Positions 28,590-37,559 of a stretch of DNA of 64,000 nt are shown here, one piece after another. The notes beneath the pieces are model-generated. The model was not told the DNA's origin, made no database searches, and worked only from the letters and a program-made list of their open reading frames with translations. The DNA is from Armatimonadota bacterium (GTDB lineage: Bacteria; Armatimonadota; UBA5829; JAUSEB01): positions 7,005 through 71,004 of the forward strand of contig JAUSGG010000024.1 in assembly GCA_030649165.1 (NCBI GenBank). The letters are read 5' to 3'. A program made the translations under genes and the position numbers. Positions within the stretch are counted from its first letter, which is position 1. Every line of letters begins with the position of its first letter.

Positions 28590-28773
28590 TCCTTCGGTAG
28601 CAAAGCGGCAGCGACGCCGCCGAAGGACGCACCGCTGTGCGTTGTTTCGGGATTTGAGGGTTGGGCGTCACACTCGTGCGGTTATAGTACAACCTCACAT
28701 CCCGACCCGGAAATCCCGAAACGGGGCGCTCCCGATCCTTCGGTAGCAAAGCGGCAGCGGAGCTGCCGAAGGA
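28590..28773. repeat. Composite repeat: TCCTTCGGTAGC..GCCGAAGGA hairpin / GTTTCGGGATTT element (28644-28722) / TCCTTCGG hairpin
   Basis: The TCCTTCGG family also occurs at 5612, 10411, 22939 and 51114. Confidence 0.9.
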
Positions 28774-28838
28774 GTCAACCAAAAGCCGGAGATGCGCATC
28801 CCCGGCTTACGTCTATCTGCTATTTCTCTCGCCGACCG

Positions 28839-29081
28839 TCAGTTCTTACTCGCCGCATCCTTCGTGGACGACTCTGAATCCTCGCCGGCCGACGACTTAT
28901 CCGGCTTGCGGTAATCGTTGATGTGGAAACCAGACCCTTTGAACACAATGCCGACCGGGAACATTACCTTGCGCACCTTGCCGCCGCACTTCTCGCAGTC
29001 GGTCAGCGGGGCTTCAGTTATTTTTCGTATCACTTCAAACGAATGGCCGCATTTGGTGCACTGGTATTCGTAAGTCGGCAT
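28839..29081 (-). CDS. FmdB-family zinc-ribbon protein
   Basis: MPTYEYQCTKCG..CEKCGG..FKGSGFHINDY. Confidence 0.9.
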   Translation of the reverse strand: MPTYEYQCTKCGHSFEVIRKITEAPLTDCEKCGGKVRKVMFPVGIVFKGSGFHINDYRKPDKSSAGEDSESSTKDAASKN

Positions 29082-29274
29082 TGTCTGGCCTCCGTCCGGC
29101 GGTAAAACCTGTCAATTGAGCTTATTATAGCAGAGTCCGCCGCCGCACATCAACACTCGGAGTCGAAGGAGTCGGATGAGTCGGACTCGTCCAACAACCA
29201 ACAACCAACAACTCCCTTCCCATCCGTGTTCATCTGTGTTCATCTGCGGTTAAGATGCGCGGAATCAAAACCTG

Positions 29275-29303
29275 TTGACAACATTCAGCCCTTTCGCTAT
29301 ACT
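29275..29303 (+). promoter_or_regulatory. Sigma70-type promoter of the infC operon
   Basis: TTGACA-17 bp-TATACT. Confidence 0.8.
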
Positions 29304-29337
29304 ATGCAGGACAACTTTAGATTTCTGAGGTGACTGG

Positions 29338-29847
29338 ATTATCAATAAGGATCTCAGGGTCAATGAGAGGATTCGCGCGCGAGAGGTTCGACTTATCGAC
29401 GAGAACGGAAGTCAGGTAGGAGTCGTGCCGGGCCGCGAGGCTCTCGATCTGGCAAGGGAACGTGGGCTTGACCTCATCGAGGTTGCGCCGGCCGCGAATC
29501 CGCCGGTTTGCCGTATTATGGACTTCGGCAAATGGAAGTACGAACAGGCTAAGCGGGAGCGTGAGGCGCAGAAGAAACAAAAGATGACCGAGATGAAGGG
29601 CGTCAAGATGCGCCCCGGAACCGCCGAGCATGACTTTCAGTTCAAGCTCAAAAACGTCCTAAAGTTCCTTCAAGAAGGGGACAAAGTCAAAATAACCGTC
29701 ATTTTCCGGAGCAGGGAGATCACTCATCCCGAATTCGCCAGGCGGTCTCTCGATAGACTCGCGGAAGCGACGACCGGCATAAGCATTGTAGAGAGGCCGC
29801 CGGGAATGGAAGGCCGGACTATGACGATGATACTGAGTCCGAGATAG
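29338..29847 (+). CDS. infC: Translation initiation factor IF-3 (ATT or ATC start)
   Basis: The frame extends upstream through INKDLRVNERIRAREVRLID to ATT/ATC (29338/29341) after RBS GAGGTG; LDLIEVAP..PPVCRIMDFGK. Confidence 0.95.
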   Translation: MINKDLRVNERIRAREVRLIDENGSQVGVVPGREALDLARERGLDLIEVAPAANPPVCRIMDFGKWKYEQAKREREAQKKQKMTEMKGVKMRPGTAEHDFQFKLKNVLKFLQEGDKVKITVIFRSREITHPEFARRSLDRLAEATTGISIVERPPGMEGRTMTMILSPR

Positions 29848-29887
29848 CGATTCCGCCATAAGGCGGACAAGCGAAAGGGAGCAATCC

Positions 29888-30085
29888 GTGCCTAAAATGA
29901 GGACCAGAAAAACCGCGGCAAAGCGATTCGAAGCCACCGCCAGCGGCAAGATTCTTAAACGTAGGACCGGCAAAGGACACCTTATGCTGAAAAAGTCGCC
30001 ATCCAGAAAACGGCGGCTGGATATTAAGTCGCAAGCTACCTCCGGAGAGAAGAGGCAGATCAGGCGGATGGTGCCCTACCTCTGA
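29888..30085 (+). CDS. rpmI: 50S ribosomal protein L35
   Basis: MPKMRTRKTAAKRF; infC-rpmI-rplT synteny. Confidence 0.97.
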   Translation: MPKMRTRKTAAKRFEATASGKILKRRTGKGHLMLKKSPSRKRRLDIKSQATSGEKRQIRRMVPYL

Positions 30086-30218
30086 CCCAACCTGTCCCCT
30101 CCCCTTGGGGGGGGGTTAAACCTGTCCCCCCTCCTTGTAGGAGGGGGTTAGGTTAGGGGGAGGTTACACGGCGCGGAACGACACTCATCCTCCGAGGATT
30201 CACGATAGGAGACCGTAA

Positions 30219-30581
30219 ATGCCACGCGTAAAACGCGGAATCATGACCCATAAGCGTCACAAGAAAACGCTTATCAGAGCCAAAGGATACTGGGGCGGCC
30301 GCAGCCGCCTGTTTAAGACTGCAAAAGAAGCAGTCATGCATGCTTTTCAGTACGCTTACCGTGACCGCCGCACGAAAAAGCGGGACTTCCGCCGTCTGTG
30401 GATATCCCGAATCAGCATCGCTTGCAGGCTGAACGGAATCACCTATAGCAGGTTTATTGAGGGGTTAAGCAAAGCTGGGAATGAAATGGATCGAAAGGTT
30501 CTGGCGGATTTGGCTGTCAGGGACGCCGAGGCGTTCGCCAGCATCGTCGAGAGCGTTAAATCCCAGCCCGCAATCGCGTAA
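30219..30581 (+). CDS. rplT: 50S ribosomal protein L20
   Basis: [34 protein letters not shown]. Confidence 0.98.
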   Translation: MPRVKRGIMTHKRHKKTLIRAKGYWGGRSRLFKTAKEAVMHAFQYAYRDRRTKKRDFRRLWISRISIACRLNGITYSRFIEGLSKAGNEMDRKVLADLAVRDAEAFASIVESVKSQPAIA

Positions 30582-30831
30582 GAGAGTTTCTGGTCAAACA
30601 ATAATTATCGCCCTACGTCCAATAGCTGTGATCGATCGCTGATTCATGACGGTTGTGTACAACCCGTCGCTGAACACTGGTTGGCGCTGTGAGTCCGCGC
30701 GTGATCTTGGCAATTGGACGTTGGTCGTTTTAGTGGGTAAGAGCTCACGATTGGCGAGTACAACTCTTTTCGTCGCTCACTCTCGGGAGAAGACGAGCGT
30801 AATCCCCTCTCCCTTGAGGGAGATGGCCGTT

Positions 30832-30910
30832 GTTTCGGGATTTGAGGGTTGGGAGCCATACATTTCGGGTTGCATGAAGCCTTTGTTTCCCAGCCCGGAA
30901 ATCCCGAAAC
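30832..30910 (+). repeat. GTTTCGGGATTT hairpin element (GTTGGG subtype)
   Basis: Conserved inverted arms around a 35-nt centre. Confidence 0.9.
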
Positions 30911-30944
30911 GGGCGCTGTATGAGAAGTCTAGTAGGTCTGATCA

Positions 30945-31979
30945 ATGAGTGAAACCGGGGTCCGCGATAGTTTGGACGAGTTGAAGACCGCCGCGAAAAG
31001 CAGTATCGCGGAGGCTTCGTCGCTGTCCGAATTGGCGGACATCGAGACAACATACCTTGGCAGGAAGGGGCAGCTTACACAGCTTCTCAGGGGCGTCGGA
31101 GAACTGCCGCCGGAGGAGCGTCCTACTTTTGGCCGTCTTGTGAACGAAGCAAGGGCCGGGCTGGAGCAGGCGCTTGCGGACCGCCGGGCCGCTTTGGCCG
31201 AAACCGAAGGCGCGCAGCGGCTGCGGGCCGAGGCGCTGGACGTCACGCTGCCCGGCCGCTTCTATACGGTCGGACGACAGCATCCGCTCAGCGCCACGAT
31301 GGACCGCATCAAGCGAATTTTCCTTGGCCTTGGATACGAGATAGTGGATAGCCCGGAGATCGAGCGCTATCATTACAATTTTGAGTCGTTGAACTATCCT
31401 GAAGAGCATCCGGCGATGGACGAGCAGATGTCTTTCTATGTGACCGACGATCTGCTGCTCAGGACCCAGACCACCGCCGTGCAGGCGCGCATTATGGAGA
31501 GCAGGCAGCCGCCGCTTCGCATCTGCACGATGGGACGCTGCTACAGGAGCGATGAGGTCGATGCGACGCACAGCCACACTTTTCATCAGGTGGACTGCTT
31601 CGCCGTCGATGAAGACATCACATTTGCCGATCTTAAAGGAACTCTGTATAATTTCGCCAGGGAGATGTTCGGCCCGGACACGCAGGTGCGCTTCCGCCCG
31701 GACTATTTCCCCTTCGTGGAGCCGGGCGCCGAAGTGGCAATCACCTGCGTGATCTGTGGAGGCGAGGGCTGCGGCGTGTGCAAGTCCACCGGCTGGCTCG
31801 AACTGGGTGGCGCCGGGATGATTCATCCCAACGTCTTTCGGCAGGTCGGGATCGATCCTGAGCAGTACTCGGGATTCGCTTTCGGTCTGGGAATCGACCG
31901 CATGCCCATGATGATGTACCGGATCGATGATCTCAGGCTTTTCCTGGAGAACGACATAAGGTTTCTGCGACAAGTGTAG
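30945..31979 (+). CDS. pheS: Phenylalanyl-tRNA synthetase alpha subunit
   Basis: Motifs LLRTQTT, DATHSHTFHQ, YFPFVEP, WLELGGAG and GFAFGLGIDR. Confidence 0.98.
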   Translation: MSETGVRDSLDELKTAAKSSIAEASSLSELADIETTYLGRKGQLTQLLRGVGELPPEERPTFGRLVNEARAGLEQALADRRAALAETEGAQRLRAEALDVTLPGRFYTVGRQHPLSATMDRIKRIFLGLGYEIVDSPEIERYHYNFESLNYPEEHPAMDEQMSFYVTDDLLLRTQTTAVQARIMESRQPPLRICTMGRCYRSDEVDATHSHTFHQVDCFAVDEDITFADLKGTLYNFAREMFGPDTQVRFRPDYFPFVEPGAEVAITCVICGGEGCGVCKSTGWLELGGAGMIHPNVFRQVGIDPEQYSGFAFGLGIDRMPMMMYRIDDLRLFLENDIRFLRQV

Positions 31980-32025
31980 GGGCGAACCTTGTGTTCGCCC
32001 AAGCGAACCTGTCGGTAGGACCGTT

Positions 32026-32103
32026 GTTTCGGGATTTGAGGAGCGACAACCTACCCGCGGTTCAAACGGACTAAGCGCTGAATCGCTCCGGAAATCCCGA
32101 AAC
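32026..32103 (+). repeat. GTTTCGGGATTT hairpin element (AGCG subtype) between pheS and pheT
   Basis: 20-bp arms around a 38-nt centre. Confidence 0.9.
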
Positions 32104-32140
32104 AACAGATCGGTCGGTGGTTGAAAGAGAAAGCAGTAGT

Positions 32141-34234
32141 ATGAAGCTTTCCGTGGAATGGTTGAAGGAATTCGTGGGCTTCGATTGCTCTATCGATGAG
32201 CTGGCGAAGTCCCTGACGATGGCCGGCCTCGAAGTTGAGGACATCGTTACCTACTCCCCCGACGAATTGGCGCGTCTGGGCGGAGGTCGTGAAGGGCCGT
32301 CCGGCCCGGTATTCGACGTCAAAGTTACCCCCAATAGAGGCGATTGGCTGTCCGTCATAGGCGTCGCGCGTGAAGCCGCGGCGATTCTTGCGACAAAGTT
32401 GACGGTCAGTGAGGCGACCGCCGAGGGCGCGCCGCCGCCCACGTCATCGGCCATCGAGGTGACCATCGTGGCTCCCGACTTGTGCCGCCGGTACGCCGCC
32501 GGACTCGTCAGAAACGTCACGATCAAGGAATCTCCCGACTGGCTCAGGAACCGGTTGATCATGGCCGGTATGCGCCCGATCAATAATATCGTGGACATTA
32601 CGAACTACGTAATGATCGAGTACGGCCAGCCTCTGCATGCGTTCGATTATCACCTGCTCAGAGGCGCGGAGATCATCGTGCGCCGCGCCGCGCCCGAAGA
32701 GGTAATGGCGACAATCGACGGTCAGCAGCGCGAGTTGTCCTCCGATATGCTGATGATAGCCGACCGGGACCGCGCCGTGGCCGTAGCGGGAGTGATGGGC
32801 GGGGCCGATACCGAAGTCGCTGAGACAACCAGGGACGTGTTGATCGAGTCCGCCAATTTCGATCCCGTTTCCATAAGGCGCACGTCCAAGACGCTGGGCC
32901 TTACCACCGAATCTTCCTATCGGTTTGAGCGGGCCGTGGACCCGTCAATCACGGTGGCGGCCCTCAAGCGGGCGGCGGAGCTGATGCGGGACCTCGCGGA
33001 CGGCGAGATCGCCGAAGGGGTAGTGGATGCCTACCCGGCCGAAATCCAGCCGCTGACAATCGAACTTCGTCCCGAACGTGCGAACAAATTGCTTGGTTGG
33101 AACATAGAACCGTGCGAAATGGCACAATTGTTGCAGCTACTTGGTATGTCTGTTCGCTTGAATAACCCCCTCCAAGTGACCGTGCCCACCTTCCGGTCGG
33201 ACATTACCGAGGAGATCGATCTCATAGAAGAGATCGCCAGGCTTCACGGTTTTGACAAGATCGAGACCACGCTGCCGGAGTCGCCTTCTCAAGGGCGGGA
33301 GTGCGAAGTCAACCTTTTCGAGGATCGCCTGAGACAGCTTCTTCTCAGGTGCGGCGCTCAGGAAGTAATGACTCACAGCATAGTAGACTCTTCGCTCGTG
33401 GAGAGAACGGGACTCGCCGAACGGGTCGTGCACATTCGGAATCCTCTCCGCGAAGACTTGAGCCGGCTCCGGGTGATGCTCATCCCCGGCCTTTTGGAAA
33501 CGCTGTCGAGAAACGCGGCCTTTGGGGCCAAAGACTTAGCCATTTTTGAGATCGGGCGCGTCTATCATTATGGACGAGATGGCCTGATTGCGCAGAATAG
33601 ATCTGTCGCCGGGGCCTTGATCGGTTCGCAGTGGGCCGGCGCGTGGAACCTGGACAGGTCCGCGCTGGAGGCGGACTTCTATCTGTGCAAGGGTGTCGTA
33701 GACGCTTTGCTGGATTCTCTGGAGATTCGGGAGCGTGAATACACCGCTGCCCAATCGCCGCTTCTGCATCCGACCAGATCGGCCGTCGTGCGGAGCGGAG
33801 GAGCGGAGATCGGCATACTCGGCGAAGTCGAAGCGTCCGTGCGGGAGTCGTTCGACCTTCGTGGACGACCGTACGTCTTCGAGCTCGATTTCGAGACTTT
33901 AAGGTTTCAAGCGGGGCGTCGGAGAGTATACCGTCCGGTAGCTCGGTATCCGGCGATATACCGCGATCTGTCCGTCGTCGTCGATGAGGACAGGCCGTAC
34001 GCCGAGGTCAGGAATGCTATCTCGGAAGCCGGCGGCGAATGGATAGAGCGCGTAGAGCTTCGTGAGGTTTATACGGGACGGCCGTTGAGTCCCGGACAGA
34101 AAAGCCTGCTGTTGTCGCTGGCTTTCCGGTCGGTCGAGCGCACGCTGACGGACCAGATCGTGAACGATCAGATGGCCCGGATAAAAGATCGACTGACGGC
34201 GGAATTGTCGGCGGCTATTAGAGGCGCAGAATAG
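32141..34234 (+). CDS. pheT: Phenylalanyl-tRNA synthetase beta subunit (short form)
   Basis: Motifs TPNRGDWLS, INNIVDITNY..GQPLHAFD, DLIEEIAR and an FDX-ACB C-terminus. Confidence 0.97.
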   Translation: MKLSVEWLKEFVGFDCSIDELAKSLTMAGLEVEDIVTYSPDELARLGGGREGPSGPVFDVKVTPNRGDWLSVIGVAREAAAILATKLTVSEATAEGAPPPTSSAIEVTIVAPDLCRRYAAGLVRNVTIKESPDWLRNRLIMAGMRPINNIVDITNYVMIEYGQPLHAFDYHLLRGAEIIVRRAAPEEVMATIDGQQRELSSDMLMIADRDRAVAVAGVMGGADTEVAETTRDVLIESANFDPVSIRRTSKTLGLTTESSYRFERAVDPSITVAALKRAAELMRDLADGEIAEGVVDAYPAEIQPLTIELRPERANKLLGWNIEPCEMAQLLQLLGMSVRLNNPLQVTVPTFRSDITEEIDLIEEIARLHGFDKIETTLPESPSQGRECEVNLFEDRLRQLLLRCGAQEVMTHSIVDSSLVERTGLAERVVHIRNPLREDLSRLRVMLIPGLLETLSRNAAFGAKDLAIFEIGRVYHYGRDGLIAQNRSVAGALIGSQWAGAWNLDRSALEADFYLCKGVVDALLDSLEIREREYTAAQSPLLHPTRSAVVRSGGAEIGILGEVEASVRESFDLRGRPYVFELDFETLRFQAGRRRVYRPVARYPAIYRDLSVVVDEDRPYAEVRNAISEAGGEWIERVELREVYTGRPLSPGQKSLLLSLAFRSVERTLTDQIVNDQMARIKDRLTAELSAAIRGAE

Positions 34235-34251
34235 GAAAGGAGAGGGTGTAG

Positions 34252-34899
34252 TTGACGGACGAAAAGCGCGCTGATCTGCGGGAGATCGAATCCGCAATAT
34301 GTCAGCTCCGAGACATCGCCTCCGCGAAGGTCATTGGCGGACCGACCGGAGCGATCGAGGAGATACACGTGTTGACGGAATCGTCTCGCCCGCCCAAACA
34401 GATTGTGAGGGACATCGAATCCGCGCTCATGGCAAAACTGGGCGTTCAGATCGACCACAAGAAAATAAGCATAGCGCAGGTTCAGGGCAATCAGAAACCG
34501 GAACGTCGCCGGCTCAGGTTTTCGGATGTCGCAATATCGGTGAATGGAAACCGCGCGGATGCCACCGTTCATCTGTCTAACGATGGGACGGTTTATACCG
34601 GAACCTCCGATGGCCACAGCTCGGCGCACAGCCAACTGCGTCTGATTGCTACCGCGACGCTGCGGGCCGTTGAGAATTCCGGCGCCGCGGACGGAACTAT
34701 GGTAGTCGAGGACCTCAGCGCCGGCACCGTGCTGGCCGGTAAGACGATTGTCGTGGTCGTGACCAATATGATCACCGATCGTGGCGAGGATCTCTTGTCG
34801 GGATCCTGCGTAGTCAAGCAAGACCTTTGGAAGGCGGTGGTGAACGCGACGCTGGACGCAGTCAACCGGCGTTTGTCGGTCGCGTCAATAGAAGATTAG
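34252..34899 (+). CDS. Conserved hypothetical protein with LeuA-allosteric-like C-terminal domain
   Basis: RBS GGAGAGG; IEEIHVL..PKQIVRDIES; C-terminal ATVxL..G..DLWKAVVNATLDAVNR. Confidence 0.7.
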   Translation: MTDEKRADLREIESAICQLRDIASAKVIGGPTGAIEEIHVLTESSRPPKQIVRDIESALMAKLGVQIDHKKISIAQVQGNQKPERRRLRFSDVAISVNGNRADATVHLSNDGTVYTGTSDGHSSAHSQLRLIATATLRAVENSGAADGTMVVEDLSAGTVLAGKTIVVVVTNMITDRGEDLLSGSCVVKQDLWKAVVNATLDAVNRRLSVASIED

Positions 34900-35013
34900 T
34901 CATCAGATATGGATCGGCGGCTTGGCGAGACGAGCGATGTAACACCCCGAGCGGAGCGATAGACAGCCTGTCGAGCGGCACAGGTATGTTACTCGCGAAA
35001 GGGGTTGAAAGAC

Positions 35014-35100
35014 GTGAAGACGTTAGTCAAGGCAATGTTGGCAATAGCCACGCTAGGACTCACCTGCGGCGCTATCTGGCACATCTGGCCTCCGGCCTAG
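35014..35100 (+). CDS. Unannotated 28-aa peptide MKTLVKAMLAIATLGLTCGAIWHIWPPA
   Basis: RBS AAAGGGG ~9 nt before the GTG; basic N-terminus, hydrophobic core, Cys/Trp-containing tail; below the ORF-track length cutoff. Confidence 0.65.
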   Translation: MKTLVKAMLAIATLGLTCGAIWHIWPPA

Positions 35101-35314
35101 TACGTGAAACGTGCAAGCTGAAAACGCAGGTGTTCAGCTAGTTGAGATAGATCAACCCGAGCCGTCGGTCCATAATATATACATCGCCCACATTTTCACC
35201 GGGGCGGCATGCTCCCGCGGATATGGCATAATTACTTAGTAGTTGCGTCCCGCGGTTTCCGGCTTGTCTGTCAGGTAGTAGCAGGCGCGGTTGAACACCT
35301 GAGGAGAATAGACC

Positions 35315-36880
35315 GTGCAACAGCAGTACAGGGCTTACAGAATATTCAGAATCGTGATCATCGGGCTTTGTGTGACGATGGCTATCCCGACGGTCATGAT
35401 CTGCCAGAGTACACATGTCCCCTGGTCTCAACTACTTTTTCTGATCGCGATCGCCACGCTGTGCGAATTGGCCCCGGTAGCCCTTGGCGCTAACTACGCG
35501 GAAGTTACGCTCACCCTGCCCCTCGTGATCATGGTGATGCTCGTCTACGGGACGCTGCCGGTCATCATACTCGGCCCCTCGGCGTTTATCCTCGCGAGCG
35601 CGCTTGGCTGGTCCAGCGCGCTTCTGTCACATAGGTTTACGGTGCCTTCCACACAGCGCACCGGCTTGAGCAGCCGACTGCGAGCGCTGATCTTCAACGT
35701 GATTCTGGCGTGGGTCGGACGTCCGTGGGTTGGGAGGCATTCGGGCTCTTTTGGCTGGGTGATCTTGAGTGTCCTGTACAACGCATCCCATTTGTGTCTG
35801 AACATCGTCTTTGCATCTCTCGTATATACGCTGGCCGGCGGCGCGCTATTGGGATCGCCCGCAATCTCTGAACTCAGGACATTGGGATGGGTCCAGACCA
35901 TAGCGGCCGCGGTGGCCGCCATGACCGTCTTCTTTGCGAGCGACGCGGGGATATACGGCGTCGCCACCGCGTTGTACGAGAGCCTTCCCGCCTACACCAG
36001 GACCTTGGGCGGGTTCGTCCTCAGATGCCAAATGTTGTTCCGCCAGACTATCGCTTCGGTGTACAAGAGCGACGTAGTGCTTACGGTCCTGGGAGCGGTC
36101 CTGACATTCTTGTACCTCAGGATCGGTACGACGGCGGTTATCGTCTTGTTTGGTTCGCTTTACATGATCCGCGACGCGATCCGGCAAACTTTCCAACAGA
36201 TTCAGACTTATCGAGATACGGTCACCACGCTCGGAACGTATATGCAGCGTTACCACCCGTACACCAGAGGCCATCTGAAGCGGGTTGCCGACCTGAGCGA
36301 GCGCCTGGCCAAGGAGCTGAGACTCCCTTTGGAGTCGGTCATGATGATGCCGGACGCGGGAATGCTCCACGACATCGGCAAGGTCGGCGTCAGCGAAGAC
36401 ATACTCGACAAAGTGGGAAAGCTGACGGACGACGAATGGACGGTGATCAAGCAGCACCCTGTGAAGGGCGCTGAGATAGTCAGTCATCTGCCGTTTCTGG
36501 ACAAGATCGTCGACTGGGTCAAGTACCACCACAAGTGGGCGGACGGAACGGGGTACCCCGACGACGGCAAGAAGGACGGCCAGATACCGATCGAAGCCAC
36601 CATCATTGCAGTCGCCGACGCCTTCGACGCGATGACGGACGACCGCGACCTCTCCGTCGATTGGCAGTGCGATACCTGCGGGCACAGGCCGGACGATGGG
36701 GGCCGGCCGGAATTTTGCCCCCAGTGTGGTGTGGAGAAGAAAAGAGTGTACCGGGAGCCGCTGAGTTTGAACGACGCCATAGACCAGCTCAGACGGGGAG
36801 CCGGCTCGCAGTTTTCGCCCAGGGTAGTCAAAGCCTTTCTGCGGATGCTGGAAAGAGATGGGGTGCACATAGATGGATAA
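35315..36880 (+). CDS. Multi-TM sensor HD-GYP phosphodiesterase with rubredoxin-like insert
   Basis: Polytopic N-terminus; YTRGH, LHDIGK, HHKWADGTGYP and VADAFDAM; CxxC..CPxCG insert. Confidence 0.9.
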   Translation: MQQQYRAYRIFRIVIIGLCVTMAIPTVMICQSTHVPWSQLLFLIAIATLCELAPVALGANYAEVTLTLPLVIMVMLVYGTLPVIILGPSAFILASALGWSSALLSHRFTVPSTQRTGLSSRLRALIFNVILAWVGRPWVGRHSGSFGWVILSVLYNASHLCLNIVFASLVYTLAGGALLGSPAISELRTLGWVQTIAAAVAAMTVFFASDAGIYGVATALYESLPAYTRTLGGFVLRCQMLFRQTIASVYKSDVVLTVLGAVLTFLYLRIGTTAVIVLFGSLYMIRDAIRQTFQQIQTYRDTVTTLGTYMQRYHPYTRGHLKRVADLSERLAKELRLPLESVMMMPDAGMLHDIGKVGVSEDILDKVGKLTDDEWTVIKQHPVKGAEIVSHLPFLDKIVDWVKYHHKWADGTGYPDDGKKDGQIPIEATIIAVADAFDAMTDDRDLSVDWQCDTCGHRPDDGGRPEFCPQCGVEKKRVYREPLSLNDAIDQLRRGAGSQFSPRVVKAFLRMLERDGVHIDG

Positions 36881-37559
36881 TCACATCGTCGTAGACCTCC
36901 CGGCGATCGTTGCGATTATCGCCGCGGCGATGATAACGATCGGAAGCGCTTACTGGTCAAGAATGGCTCTGCCGAGACAGATCGACCAGGCGTATCGCGC
37001 GTCGCTCCACGCCTTGGCCGCCGCGGTCGAAACCAAGGACTCGGGCACAGTGGGGCACGCTCGCAGAGTCGCCGACTATTCAGTTGCGATAGGACGGGAA
37101 CTCGGGCTGTCGCCGGCCGAGCTGCAGCGTATCGAACACGCGGCGCTTCTTCGCGACATTGGAAAGGTGAACATTCCCCACTCGCTGCTCAATAAGAGCG
37201 AGGCCCTTACCGAGGAAGAATTCGATATCATCAAGAGTCACTCTAAGATAGGCGCGGACATCGCTTCTCAAACGCCGTTTCTTGCCCGATGCGCCGACAT
37301 AATCACTCATCATCACGAGCGCTGGGACGGCAGCGGCTACCCGGCCGCCCTGCAGGGCGAGGACATTCCTCTGTCGGCCCGCATTGTCGCGGTCGCTAAC
37401 GACTACGACGCGATGACTTCGGACAGGCCGTACCACAAGGCTTTACGCGGACCTGCCGCCGCGCGTATAATCAGGGAAGGCGCGGCTGAGGCTTACGATC
37501 CCGCCGTCGTCGATATGTTTCTCAGGATACTGGAGAAAGAGGGGACCATTCTCACGTAA
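36873..37559 (+). CDS. Single-TM HD-GYP protein with degenerate HD motif (RD)
   Basis: TVGHARRV, LLRDIGK, HHERWDGSGYP, VANDYDAMTSDRPY. Confidence 0.9.
   Translation: MDNHIVVDLPAIVAIIAAAMITIGSAYWSRMALPRQIDQAYRASLHALAAAVETKDSGTVGHARRVADYSVAIGRELGLSPAELQRIEHAALLRDIGKVNIPHSLLNKSEALTEEEFDIIKSHSKIGADIASQTPFLARCADIITHHHERWDGSGYPAALQGEDIPLSARIVAVANDYDAMTSDRPYHKALRGPAAARIIREGAAEAYDPAVVDMFLRILEKEGTILT

Noticed and set aside
28644-28722. The same elements as integron attC sites
   Set aside because: They begin with GTT and end with AAC, the reverse of RYYYAAC..GTTRRRY, and the only recombinase looks like housekeeping XerD, not IntI.
30582-30944. T-box riboswitch upstream of pheS
   Set aside because: No T-box bulge consensus or terminator/antiterminator pair was seen.
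35088-35130. GCCTCCGGCCTA resembling part of a c-di-GMP-I riboswitch
   Set aside because: The upstream GGCAAAC/GNRA stem and the downstream pairing strand are absent; the bases are the end of the peptide ORF.
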